A stretch of 64,000 nucleotides of DNA from Lingula anatina (lineage: Eukaryota > Animalia > Brachiopoda), in the NCBI GenBank assembly GCA_051362555.1, contig CM120644.1, positions 7,944,954 to 8,008,953 on the forward strand. Reading direction: 5' to 3'. Made by a program: the position numbers and the translations under genes. Below, one piece after another: positions 26,950-41,050 of the stretch. Below the pieces are notes generated by a model that worked only from the letters and a program-made list of their open reading frames with translations, was not told the origin of the DNA and searched no databases. Position 1 is the stretch's first letter; every line of letters starts with the position of its first letter.

Positions 26950-27907
26950 TTCTGTTCAGTGCTGAATTCTAGATTTGTTTTTGATTGTACCTTAGCCAAT
27001 ACATTGTTTCAGTGAAAGCTGATAATTTTAATATCTGTTAAATGTCATACTAATTGTAGATATCAAAGCGGCAATCACCTTTGGCGGGGATAACTCCGTA
27101 TTTCATGATGTTGTTTCCATTACCGCTTAAATCGAGCTCGTGGTATCGCGTCTCAAGAGGCCAAAACGCAACTGGGTTCGGAAATCCTGAAAAAACAAAA
27201 AATTAATGCTCATCTACTGACCCCTTGACTATTTTCAGAATCCCCCCGTGACTAAAAAAAGCTAAAAAACATATGACTCCACAATTTTCAACTTGTTTAC
27301 ACGAGTTCGTGTCCTAGATGGCATTGAAATACCCAACCATGGTTCCAGTGATAAACCTGTGTCCCTTTAAATTTGTCTTTAACAATGTTATTGTTTCTAT
27401 TTTATCATTTCATTTCATTTTGGTATAAATACCAATAGAATTATTTATTTGATTAATTCATATCTACATTCATTTCTTCATTTTCGGCCAGATGCTACTG
27501 GTAGGATTTTGACATATGCCACACTAAAAATCGATCAGATTAATGAAAATGTGATAGGAAGTAAAAAAACTTTTATTATATATCTCACCCTGCAGCGGTT
27601 GGCACAGTTGTCTTCCGGTGATTATCTGTGATTTAGAAAGCGCCACATCGTAGAGCTGTAGACAGGACATACGTCCAATAAATCTGTGCGAAGCACTCAC
27701 GCCTGTACCAATAAGGAGGTCATACTGAGTACCGAGGTCCCACTGCCCGAAATCTGCGCTAAATTTCACCTCACCGTCCATCCACAACGTGCCGATACCT
27801 GACAAAATACCATATACGAGTTAGTTCCAACAACATTTATTTCATTAAAATAAAGTATTTTGATTTAATAATAATTGTAATTATAATCAAACTATCACGA
27901 GCAAAAT

Positions 27908-27957
<50 letters not shown>

Positions 27958-30900
27958 ACAAATGTATATAGAAATATAGGTTAGAAGGTGAATAGTAACA
28001 TTTTTGTATTCGCATGCTTAGGCTTTGAACGGTCTCATACCCTAGACCCGCCACCCCACGTATCCCGAAAACAATGACAGGTGTAAGTTCGAGCATTATA
28101 TACCTGTGTCTTGGTCATAAGCGAAGGCGAGGGAGACCCACTTGTGCCTCTCAAAAAGCTCAGAAGTACTTGTGGCAGAAGATCCTTGGGTACTTCCAGC
28201 CGAGTCTACTCTCTTATGCAAAAGGGTGTGAAATTTGTTGTCCAGTTTGACATAAAAATGTGGGCCATGGCCGGTGTTGCCGCCAACCATTTTCCACGCA
28301 AGAAATAACATATTTGCCGAGCTGTCTTCAGGATACATGTCCACACTCCAAGTCATGGAGCGCCGAACATCTAAAGCAAGGTTTTGTGGGATCATGACAT
28401 TACAGTCAGTGGTATTGCAGAAGACAAAAGCTCCGTTCGGTTCGTTTTTAGGCCCGGTTGCGTACGTGACGTCAGAACCCACAATTCCATGGTTCTCATT
28501 GCCAGACACGTCTTTGGCTCCGTATTGCTGGTTGAGGTGCCACATACCCACAGGACGTGGTTGAACTTCACCTAGTGATGATATTCAGGAGGTTTATTCT
28601 TTAATATCATTACCGCTTTCTATAATTGAATTAATTATCACAATTAATTGAATTGAAATTCTGATTAACACAAAGTGTGTCTTATCAATAAAATAGCTGG
28701 TGCCGCCATTGCCTTAGGCCGCCTTGTAAAGTACAAGAAATGTATTTCCAGGACAACGGACAGCTTAAAACCACACCCTCTTCTCCAGGCGACTATTTGA
28801 TTTATTTTATCAAACCATAATTTACTTTGAAAGAGAAATAATTACTCTTCTACAGTTGTTAACCCAAGAGTAACCGTCGTTTCCAAATATATAAGATTAT
28901 TAGAAATACATTTTAATTGTATCGATTTTCTAGAAAATGTCCCCAAAAACTAGGAGAAAATGCAAACTAATGCCACCGGTAGCTCAGCCTATATACCGTG
29001 AGCGTGCGCAGGGCTCTATGTACCTTCAGTGAATCCTTGGATGTTCTCAGGCGAGCAGATATCCATGGCCTTCTTAATCTGGTATTCACTCAGAGCCACG
29101 TCGTATAACTTAACACAACTTATATCGGCCTTTAAATATCTGTGGTCATTATAGGTAGCATTTTTAGCACCTAAAAAGAAAGGGAGACATTAAGAACAGG
29201 AAAAATGATATGATCCTTTGAGACACATTGCTCTAATTGAAACTGGACTGCAGAAAGTATGTGTTGAATGAAATGAAATAAATATTAAAAATAACTATGA
29301 GGAGGAGAATACGATAATGAAGTTGAGGAAATTGTGATCATGATGATGAGGGGGAGGGAGAAGGGGTCCCAAACAATTAACACATTTCAAATTGCATTCA
29401 GTGGGGAGATTAATAGCATCTTCATAGTCTTACGGATGTGGAAGAGGATGTTGAATAAAGTCACAAAAACAATTCTTGTAAAAGGAAAAACCAAACTTAC
29501 CTATTCGAACAGCGTATTGTGTGGACAATTCATACTGCCCCAAGGTATTTATTGCAAATTGTTCGCCATCTCGGTACACAGTATGAACACCAGTGGAATA
29601 GTCATATGTGGCTGCCACATGGATCCATTGATCGTGAAGGAAGTAACTTCCGTGAGTAGCTGATGTTTCATTTCCCCAGCCATCGGTACGACGACGAAAG
29701 GCGACATGATAAGAATTGGTGTCAGCGAAGACCCACATTGCCAAAAAACCCCACCCGTCTGCTTGTGTCGGGAAGTCGTATTGAAACACAGGGCCTATAC
29801 CCGTGGTTGAGTCTGTGTGATTAAAATATAGGAAAAGATACGAGAGATTATTGCACGTGGTTACGGAAATATTCGTGTATAAATAACGTGAGTTCTGTAA
29901 TGGCCTCTTACGATAAATGACAAACGTTTTGGAAGAAAAGGGTCATTGAATAATCAAATCTGACATGTGAGACAATTAGTCACATAAGCAAAATCTGCTC
30001 AAAACGGATTTATATATGATCCTCCTTTATCAGAAAGGTCGTGGACAGGTTTAACAAGGACCACCATTTTGGCGGCAAATCAGCACGGTCAAGGTGGTAA
30101 AAGGGACTCCTTGTCAACCAAAGAGGAGGAAAAGGGGGAGTAGAGCAAAGAATAGATCTAGAAGCAGAAGGGAGTGGAAAGAGGTGGAAGTGAGAGTGGG
30201 AATTTGGGAACATATTGGACATATTGGAGTAGGAAACTAAGTGGATGATAAAGTGATGGGGAAATGGTTTTGGAATAAGGAAAGCTGAAGGCCAGTCAGT
30301 TGTGGATTTGGACAGGGCACACTTCAACAAGAGAGAGGAGCACTAGACAACATCATTTTCCAGAGAAAGTACCTAGGGAAGTTTTGGGATCGTAAGGTTG
30401 TAGCTGACGAAAGTGTGACCAAACAGCACCAACTAACAGTAAGGGTGTTATAGTTAAAGGTAAAGGCAAGGAGGATAGTGAAGGTGGAACCAAGGATAAA
30501 AAGGTGGAGGTTAAAGGAGAAGTTTAACACTAAGTTCAAGGAAGAAAATTTAAAAAGTGGACTTTGGAGGGAGACGACAGTTGGGAGACAGTAGTGGAGG
30601 TGAAGGTCTTTATTGTATCGACAGAGAAGAAGAAAAAGGACATAGAAACATGGTGATGAAACAAAGAGGTGCACTGAGCAATAACAGACAAGAATAAGGT
30701 GGGAAAAGAACTTCATCAGGGCAAGAATGGCAGAAGGAAGGATAGCAACACACCGTACCTATATTAAGCCATGTCATAAAGGTTTGAGAGAACCTAGTAT
30801 CCAGGTAACCATTGTTAGGCAATTCGATATACGAGTCCATACTTCCAGCGAGACGAACAGCTCCGTTGTTGTCGCCATAAGGACCCGTGACATACGTCAG

Positions 30901-33900
30901 ACCACTCATAGTAGCTTCATTTCCATGGCCTGTGACGTCACGGGTGCCATGAGCAATGTCCAATGGCCACCAGCCAACAGGGGGTGGATGTGCTGAAACA
31001 AACAAACAAACAATTGAATTTTAACATAATCATTTATTGAGATGAGTGTTTTCAAGGAAGGGGTGGAACTGCAAGTGGACTGTATTATCAAAATCGTTCA
31101 TATTGTAATTCATAGGGAAGTACTAGTAAAATGTAATATAGATATGCTTGTGGGAGGTTAACCTCAACGGCTTGCTGGTGATATGCCATTGCATTTGAAG
31201 ATGTGGTATTAGCCGGAGTCGTGCAGTAGGTAACCTGAATGTGTTTAGCAGGTGCGTAAGTGTACAGGTGTTAGGTTGGCAACCGCCTTTTCATAACAGC
31301 TTAACATTGTTGCCATTTAACGCGTTTCTCAACGCTTCTTTTCAACAACATAGGCATTCTCAAAAAACATGGAATATTGGTCTCTATCATTAGAATGTAC
31401 TCACTGTCTAACTCTGTGCTGCCCTCTGGTGTACACCTCCGCATGGTTCGCTTGATGTCATGCTGGGACAGGGCCACATTATACAACTTGATGCAACTTA
31501 TTCTCCCCTTCGTCAGGTAGCCTGCCCCATGCGCCCAAGGCTTATAACCAATGCGGATTTTACTACCTGCAGTGGCAAGTTCTTGCTGTGTAGGGTTCCA
31601 AGAATGCACCAGTACTCCGTTCCGGAAGTAGAACCCTTGATTGGATGTATAGTCGTATGTAATGGCAAGATGGCTCCATACACTGTCTGCAAAGAAACTT
31701 CTGGTTGTTAATCCTCGATATACAAAGGAGCGGTCATAGTGGTAAACTGCGAGACCACTTTGGGGCCCGTAGTTCCAGATATGAAACCCCCAGATGTGGT
31801 TTGGATCGTCTGTATCGTAATCAAATAATGGACCATTTCCCCCTTTTGGCATGAAGTATGCTGTAAAGGTGTAGGAATAACGGACGTCTAGCTTGCCATT
31901 GTTAGGTATGACGATGTGAGAGTTAATAGTGCCCGCTAAGGCGTAGGCGTCGTTTTTCCCGCCAAAAGGGCCCTGGGTTGGATATAGCTCGGATGAGAGG
32001 GTTGCATGGTTTCCGTTTCCGGTTACGTCAGTTCCTTTGTAGCTGGACTCAAGAGGCCACCATCCAACAGGATACGGGAGTTCTGAAATGATATCACAAG
32101 ATATTCTACAAAAAAGGAAAAAAACATCAAAAGAGCGTGGGTGTTCGTATTTGCAAATTATTAATTTTAAGCTAACTACTGGTATGTCCAGTTGGATGAC
32201 TTCCCACAGCGGTTGGGCCTAATAACTCAAATGTCTCACCAGAAATGTACTAAAAAAACACTTGTTCCCCTAGAGTTTCCCAAACAAAGTCATTATTTAC
32301 CCCACCCTACTGTATACTCACCTTCTGGGACACACATCAGGCGAGCATTCCTGATGTATGCTTGAGGTAAAGCTACGTCGTACCATTGCATACACGCCAC
32401 GCTGCCGGCAAATGACCTATTGTCCGAATTATAGGCGGCATACCTGGACCCTACGTATACATCATACTGGGTGGCGTGTTCCACCTGGCCTATGTTTGAC
32501 TGAGTGTTTATCTGAAATGAAGTCATATTTTACCAATAAGGATGAACTGACCGTTAAGACAAAGGATATCAAATAGAGAATACGTGAGAAATAAACTAAG
32601 ATTCACCCACATAATTGATGAATAAAAACTTATCTGATGACGTTTCTGGCCAAAATCCGCATAGGGATTTTATTGAAGGGACAACGCTACTGGTTGGCTT
32701 GTCACTGGCAACAAATCGTATCTCTATACTTACCTCAGCATCTTTCCAAATGATCAAATCCCCAGTCGTATAGTCGTAGGTCACACTCACGAAGATCCAC
32801 GTGTTTAACGTCAGCACACCACTGCCGTAGAGAGCTGGCACTTTAATAGTCTCGTTACTCCTGCTTGGAGAGGCAACAACAAGCGTGGTTGTATTAGGAA
32901 ACTGCCAGATTAGCAACCCAAAATCATCGAAAACGGAATTTGGGAAATGGAAACTGAACAGTGGACTTGCCGTTGCCCCACCATTGTAGACCCAAGCAGA
33001 GAACGTGAAGGAGTATCGGGCGTCCAGCAGTCCGTTATTCGGGATGTGTATGTAGCTAGATACCAACCCGCCGAAATTGTAGGCAGTATCATTGACTCCG
33101 TCATGTCCGGTCGTCAAGGAAACAGAAAATCCGTTACCATGGTTTCCCCCGCCACTGATGTCACTTTGTGCATAATCTGCGTTCAGAGGCCAAAAGCCTA
33201 CCGGGCGTCTCCAAGTACCTGGTTTAAACGAGAAACTGTTTATAGAAAATACTAAAATAATTTTGATCGAGTTTCGTTGTTCTTCACTTGGCGTCCAATG
33301 GTACTTTCCAAGTGGGTTGAACTCCCAAGGCCGAAGTACGTTCGGTAGATGGATAGTTCTGGCATTTTGTCTTTTTTACACAAAGTACACTTGAAATGGT
33401 ATGTGCAAAGAGTAACGACATATTTTGGCTTTCTGCGTCCCAATAATGCCCTGATTTTGGTGTGCATCGAAGGCTTACTAATATAAACGAATTATTAACC
33501 TACTCAGCGTAGCTCCGTCTTAGAGTTCAACCCCCTTGCCTTTGCCCTCTCAGGAATGCGTCCCCTAAATTACACGGAATTTGACATGGTTATAAACCAT
33601 CGTGTGTAACCTCAAATAATGTTTTCTTTTCAAGCTAAGGTGCAATTTTTTAATTTACTTTTCAAACTTAAAAAAAACATTTGGTGACGTATTCAATTAC
33701 AAAGATATAGGTTTTGATGTTAAATTCGCTCACTGTCTTTATATAACAAAACATGTTTTACGCATTATTTCCATGTGGCTAATTAAGAATTGCAATTGAG
33801 ACATTTTATTTGTAATAAGTATCACAAGAGCAAAATACGGCACCTTGTAAGAAGATCCTTTCATAATATATTCGAAGGACAAATAAAACAACCTGCCTCA

Positions 33901-36517
33901 TTGTACATGTAGTCAACCGAACAATGATGTATAGAATCGATATCGATGTTTTGTTTTATTCTTCAAAGATACATTTAAAGTCAAGTTTTTGTCACAAAAC
34001 CTACCAAAGGCCACTATATAGTTTCAAATATTAAAACCAAGAGATGTTCCAAAAGATTTCGTGTCGTATTTTCCGACATATGATATATGAAAGGATTTTT
34101 CGGCACGTCCCTCAGCAGTTCTACATCCATATAAGGAGTAACAGTGATGATAATGCAATGCACGTGTATTAACGGACTGGTTGGCCAGATAATTGGGTCG
34201 ATATACGACCCAAAACTTTGAATGAAGTGCAGTTTTCAAGCTATTTTTTGGTTGAATGAGGGATTAATTGCTTCATGGCTCGGCATGTCGACTTTATTTA
34301 ATCGTGTAAATAAGAAGTGGTTAATGCGCGTTACTTGAAATCCACCCTCTATTTACGTGTGCCCTTAAATCTACATTATTCTACAATCCACATTATTTCT
34401 TTTAATTGGGATAAAGTATTTTCAGAAAGAAATAATCGACTAATGGCCTTACTCTTAATGAAGGAGACAATCGTCATGAATGCACATTAAATGACATATC
34501 GATGTAACCACAGGCACTAATCACTGTTTTAAATCCTTCACCTTAGTAATTCCATGGATTAATGCATCATTCATGGTGATGAAAGGCTTTAAACAAACAT
34601 GTGGCAAATACCTTCTCATACGTTTGTTGCAAGAAGCAACGTGTTTGTGAAAAAAAAAGTCAAAAGTGAACTTCAGTTCTCGTATATCGCATTCCACAGT
34701 GCCGTATCCATCAGAATCTTGGTCATTTTTTGGCCGTGATATCACCGAGTGGGTGTTAATGCTTTTGCCTTCCCGGAGAGGACTCACCCCAGCTGCCTTA
34801 AAAGGCTCCGAAAGCTAGCAAACCAGCAATTTTTTTCGCTGTCCATCTTTTCACGTTTGCATACAAGGAAATGTTTTTTATTGTTCTTGTTAAATGTTTC
34901 TGGTATAGAGAATGACCACAACAGTCGCTTGATACACGTATATAAAGTATTGACTGATTAACTGCACACATAATATTTATGATCTACCAATAGAAGATGA
35001 AATCCATTTCCTAGTGTCATGCCCCCTTTATACAGACCTTCGATATGATCTTTATTCAATATACAAAAAAACAACATAGTCACTTTGAACGTCTTACCAG
35101 AATGGATAAATTTAAAACCCTAATGACTGGTAAGAATAAAGAACATATTATTGCTCTTGCCAAGTATTTATGGTTAGCCTTCCAAAAAAGGGACTGTGCT
35201 GCACCCATAACCAGTTGAGTAGGTAGAGCTATTTGGGCTCTGCCAAATATGTTTTGTATTTTTTTTCATACAAGGAGTCATACAATATCACTATTGATCA
35301 ATATCACTATTCATATTTATATATATTTGCATTCCTTTGTACATTTTCATCTATCCATGTAGATGCATACGTTACAATGAATAAAGCATATAAGAATTTA
35401 AGGTGCCCTGAGGATGAAAACCGTTTGAGAAATTACTTTCATCGTGACTGTGCAACAAACCCTTATGTTGGCATTGGTATTGTGTCTGTGAAAGCATTTG
35501 AAAGAGGGAGAGATTAATATGCGATTTTTGATTAATCTGGTATTTCGAAAAGCAAATCAACAATATTTGTAAATCAACATCTTTTTTTTTACTAAGGAGG
35601 ATAGGCAAGATTCGTAAGTTACTTGAAGTAGCAACAACCGCAAAATTAGGAGATGCTTTTGTTACCACTAATCCTGACTATTTATATACTATTCTCTTTG
35701 GATTGAGTACGAGTAAACTTTTAAAAATTCACACTTATACAAAATGCAGCAGCTACATTAGTTAAAAAGACTTTTGATAAATCCAAAGTTTAGAACATAA
35801 AGTATAACTCCATTCTTAAAAAAGATACAGTACATGATTGTTTTTCCGATCCGACAAAAATCGTTTAAACTTATTAATCAGTTTGAACGACATAGGCAAA
35901 CTACAAGTCCTTTGTGTAACAATTCTACACTTGGCCACTGTGAATTAGGGGGACAGTGTAACAAATATTATACTGACAGGGCTTAATTGTTTCTCCCCCA
36001 AAATTGTGAAACGAATTTCTTTTTATATAAGAATTGAAAGTAACTATGCCAGTTTTGAAGTTGACCTTAAAACTCATATTTAAACGTCTTCTGTTAAATA
36101 TTTTTTCACATTTTAAAGTAAGTCTTTTTGGATATTTTCAGCAAATCATTCTAATAATTCAAATAGCTTTACAATAACTTAACATAAGAAAAGATGGCGC
36201 AAAACTACTTTAAGATACGCTTTGTGCACAGCGAAGTTATTGGTTTTTCCGTTTCCAGTCAGAGTGGAAAGCGATGTCAATTACTACACATGTGTTTATA
36301 TTCACCTCTTTGTTAAAAACCATACCAAAATTCGCCAACGCACCGCAAGATACTTCCTCAAGTTGTATTTCTAAATAACCATACAAACACCCATTTTTAC
36401 CATGGTACAATGTATAAACAATTATCTGTTACGTCATTTACTGTATAATCCTTTACACCCACCTTCAATCCTGCAGATACAGAGGCAGCTGACGATACAT
36501 ACAAGTACAGACCACAT
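25033..36517 (-). CDS. Secreted 5x LamG/pentraxin-like + PAN protein, copy B (tandem paralogue), ~1235 aa
   Basis: 14 exons with the same lengths as copy A: 36517-36463, 33218-32734, 32511-32322, 32082-31405, 30992-30759, 29812-29501, 29170-29024, 28571-28104, 27798-27589, 27186-27079, 26760-26584, 26266-26079, 25703-25529, 25313-25033. No stops seen. The last intron has a GC donor. Confidence 0.88.
33965..34370. mobile_element. Non-autonomous DNA-transposon-like repeat, related to 51229-51618
   Basis: Shared aagtcaa.tttttgtcacaaaa.c.accaaa...tatagtttcaa...ggcatgtcga.tttattt...gaagtggtt...gaaatccac between the two loci. Confidence 0.5.
35015..35392 (+). mobile_element. 3' end of a non-LTR retrotransposon, same family as 18830-19175
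   Basis: Begins with the CPLYTDLRYDLY motif typical of LINE ORF2 ends and finishes aataaagcata. Confidence 0.7.
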
Positions 36518-37316
36518 CTTGAATTTGAAGTATTGTTGGCAAACTGTCGCCCGCAATTAACCGTCAAGGCTTTTGGTGGCCTTTGAATTTCACCAGCCTA
36601 TTGTTCAAATTTAAGTTTCTAGGATACATTAAGTTGACTGACAATACAAATCAATTCACAAACAATTAAAATGAAGTAAGTTACACAGTATAAACGGAGA
36701 TCACATTGCAGGCCATATATTTAAATTATAAGGGTCAACAGGTCTCGTTATCCGCAAACGTGTACAGCCTATACCCTGTCATTTTCTATCCAAAAGAATC
36801 GAACTGGGGAAGTGTTGATGTCAAATATTCATCCACCTAGACTGGATTCTTTTTTATTGACATACAGTGGCAGTTTCAGGGTACCCTATCCTGTAATCGT
36901 TACACGCACTTATCGTTAATGGACGAACATATATTGTAATCAATTTTCACTTTCGGGTCTTTTTACATCGAGCGTATTATCTTAACAATACCGGTGTGAT
37001 TTGAGTGGTTTTACCATGTAATTATCCCGTTACGCTACAGTGGCGCTTTATTCTCAATTACAAGTTCGACACAAGTTAACCACCTGCTGTTTAGACAAAG
37101 GTACATGTATCGGGTCCGAGATTTTGCCAAGCAAAAATTTTCTGCTGGACTATTATAAAAATTAAAAAAATGCAAAAATAAAAATAAAAAAGTAAAATTC
37201 TCCAACTCTCAAATCATTGCTGAACCTGTCCATGAAGTTGTATTTGATCTTCTTTACCATTTCCATTCGCTTCTACGCGTCTAGCCAAGCATTCAGACGG
37301 CCATGTCTTCCAGTGC

Positions 37317-37554
37317 CAGTAGCAGATTTGGGGGGTTGGGGGGGGGGGTCCTGACCCCCTCTCTTCAATTTCTGAAAAAATCACACCAATAGTCCCCTCT
37401 TAAAATCAGAATTTTGACTAGTTCTAAACCGTACCAAATGACACCGTTCACCCTCTAAATTAGCAAAATTATCTAGGCCCTTCAGCAAGGGGGGGGGGGG
37501 GGTAAGGTCGACTTCGTTGGACCCCCCCTTCAAATAATCCTGGATCCGCCCCTG
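37317..37554. mobile_element. MITE with CAG...GGATCCGCCCCTG-type ends; partial relative at ~25803-25885
   Basis: Absent from the paralogous site upstream of copy A (gccatgtcttccagt at ~23318). End cccccttcaaataatcctggatccgcccctg is the reverse complement of ~25803-25833. Confidence 0.6.
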
Positions 37555-38597
37555 AATACATATATATATATTTCAGAAGTTTCAGATGGAAATATGGTCA
37601 TCTAGTTCTTTTTGTGAGGGGGTTTACAGTTTTTAAGGTTTGAATTGAAAACGAGAAGGCAAAAGCTTTTCTGGATGTGTAGACATCGAAAATCGAAAAT
37701 ATTACATCCAGACATTTTCAAACGCGAGTAGTATACTTTTAAGTCCCTGTTTAAGTGTCCCCGTTTTCATCTCTATCTACACATCAAAGTAATTGTATTA
37801 CTGAGCACCAGGAATATTCCCAAAAGGTTCTGTGGGTGCACTTTCTGATATCAAGAGTTAAAATTCAGTTCAATTAGTCTTTTATTCAATTTTGTAACAT
37901 ATTATACCGGTATATTGCCCTTTGTTTAGAGGATACTGTTAACACGTAACACCGCTGGAAACTAATCTGGGAAGTGGACGTTTGGATTGCCTTCATTCCG
38001 TTAATATGATTTACACCACAATCCCGACAACCCATTGTGTAAGATTCTGTTTCATTAGCACAGGTGGGAAGAGTGACAAAACAGATCAATTTACAAACAA
38101 TTAAGATGACGAGAATGACTCAGTAAGATCGATATGTTATTTTGAAATGCAACATTGTTCAAAATATATTTCTAAATCTACCTCTGTTTGAAGCGCTTCA
38201 CAAATATTGCTTTGGTAATTTATAAGATTGATCATTGCACTATCCACTTGATTGCACTATCCACTTTTAGTATGATTATTTAGACAGCAAAATATTTGTC
38301 TCTCTTAAATAAAGGGTCTTTTCGGAGAACGGAGAAATCACTGACGAATTTCAAATCACGGTTCAAGCAAAGAACAATCCATCACATATTTCGTTGAAGG
38401 AACAAAACTGGGCTCCAACATTTGTTAAATCTTAAAACAAAGTCGATAACATACGCGCGTTTTTCAAGATAAAAGAAGAATCTTTATTAAGAAAGAAAAC
38501 TCAAGCTTGATTAAGCTCAGTTGCGTTTTTCGATGGTGGGATTTTCCGGACGTGCTGAAAGTCAATTCGTAGAGATGCGGACAGCTTGTGTCACCCC

Positions 38598-38668
<71 letters not shown>

Positions 38669-39257
38669 CTCATTTGTGCCAGATGGAAATGTTTTAAAAT
38701 TATCATCATGAGATTTAAGTTCGGACTCCTCGAATCTTCAAAAACAAATGTAATTAATTAATTTCACTTCATTAAACAGTCAGCTTCAAAAGAAGTAGAT
38801 TGTTTGACATGTAACAATCATAAACATTGTTACGTGGCAGTGTATCTATATGTCTAACATTGTTTATAATTGTTACATGTCAACAGCAGTTCATGAATGT
38901 TTCAATCACTTGCAGGCAATTTATTCTGCATTTAGTATATCTGTTCCGTTGAAAAATTCTTAATGCAAAATGTTTTTAGTCTAAACTAAATAATTAGACA
39001 GAAACAGAAACTTAACAGCTCAAAGACATTCTATACGAAACAGACAATTCCTGTTGGAGTGTACAGTTCGGAGATGGTAAATCAATGATCAGCTGCTGGG
39101 AACGAGACTACGAAATATCTAGGTGATTTTTGCCTCGTGGCTTGACTTGTGTCTAAAAGAAGTAAATGCTGGATACTGTAGCTGTAAATAAAGCTGTAAG
39201 CATGCCTCTTTCATTGCCACTTGTTACACACCTCGTGCGCTCTTGCAAAGAAAACTG

Positions 39258-41050
39258 TCATTCGCAAACGAACCCCGCAGTGAAGGCTGTAGATGTACAC
39301 GACAGGTCCTCGTAGTGGACACTCCCTCGCCATTTCATGAGAAGACACGTCTCTCGCCCGTTTGTGCCATCAGTGTTATGCCCCGCTCTGCCAGGATTAT
39401 AGAACACTGAGGTTGGGCTGTTTTTCCAAATGCATCTGTTGTTAATACACTCTGCGTCACACCAATAACCGGAATCTGAAATAAAATTTACCAGAGCAAA
39501 TGTCTTTAGAAGATAATATTTGAGAGAAGTTTAAGTTCCCTAGTTCAGACTGTAGTGAACAAGTCAGTGTTTGTGCTCTATCATTTGTTAGAGTTGTTAT
39601 CTCGTGTCAGTTTGAAAATATGCTACTATGCATTACCTATACTCTCTGACCACAGGGGGCGCTAGTCTGTCACAAAAATGTTGCAAGCGTGATTTTGTGT
39701 AGTATACTAGTCTGCCCCTAATATCAGAGGGTATAATGTTTCAGTAGGCAGAAAATCAACAAAATTTCCGTCGGGTAACACATTCAAAGTATTTCATGGA
39801 CTTTTTTACTTAACTGTCTTAAAACATCGAATTGTCTTTCAACAGGCAGTTCTGTTATTCACAATTCAGTACGCACGTATCGCTTGATAACTGTCAAATT
39901 AAAAGTACCACGGTTTCAAATTATTGCGTTTTGACAGACTGCTGGTACACAGAAGAAGCCATGCGTTTTCTTATTTCAGAGTATAATTTCATGCATAAGG
40001 TGACCATAAGTATTGTCCTTACATACCGTATGTCTTAGCTCAGCTAGAACTACTAGTACGCATGCTCTAGGTACATGTAAGAAAGTGGTGCAAGAATAAG
40101 ATGCGTCAGACATGCTAGACGGACAAGGATCTCTTTGACGCATTTTTAATTATTCATAGATAGTTTGCGAAAGTACTATCACAAAAAATAAACAACATTG
40201 CACCTACATTCAACTTGAGGTATGTTAGCCTCTATGAAGTTAAACTCCTCAGCGCTGTTCACCGCCACCAGGTTTTTCCCCATAAGTTGACAGCATGCCT
40301 GCGCCATCACCTGATTTCTACCCGTCATTAGGTCACCAAAATAGTACTCTTTGTCTTGGTGCTTAGTATAGCGGCCCGTACATCCTGGTAATGGATTGAT
40401 CAGGAACATAAAATATATAACTGGTAATTTTGAAAATGTAAAAGCCTTCTCAACATCAAATTAAATCATAAATCATAAATCATAAATTAAAATCATAGAA
40501 ATAATTATGCTTTCCTCAACACTCTCTTAATGATCAAATTCTACCATAAAATTATTTATCACTCAAAAGACACGGTGATTAAAATAATGACGATAATTAT
40601 TTCAAGCATACCTTTAAGAATGCCTTTTAGTTTATCCACATCCGTCACAGTTTTTGCAAATTGTTGTAACGATGTTTGAAGTTGCTGAACCTGGCGTTGA
40701 AGCTCTGTCACCTGGTCAGAAAGTGCCACCTTGTCCGCTTGGAGAGAAGAAACAGATTGGATTCCATTCTTAACGTTTTGTTTTACGTCCTGAATAATCA
40801 AATCAAAGTTGTCGTCTGAGCGATGTAAATCTTGTACTTCAGCTGTTAAATTCTCGTCCTTCATTCTGGCAGTGTTCACCTCGCGGCTTAAGACGCCGAG
40901 CCAAGCTTTGACCCACGCTGCTATACCGTCGGCACTGATGTAATTCTTAACGCTTTGCGTTGGAAGAGGGTAGCTTGAATTCGTCACTGCACCCTGTGTT
41001 TTTAAAGCACTCAAAATTACGTAAAATGAAACAAAAGATATAGTCTTCAT
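39258..41050 (-). CDS. Secreted coiled-coil + C-type lectin-like domain protein, copy 1 (277 aa)
   Basis: Exons 41050-40612, 40384-40208, 39475-39258 (phase 1,1; 834 nt). Signal peptide, heptad coiled coil, CTLD motifs EYYF...AQACC.....LVAVNSAEEFNFI...YW.D...C......C......GFVCE. Confidence 0.88.
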
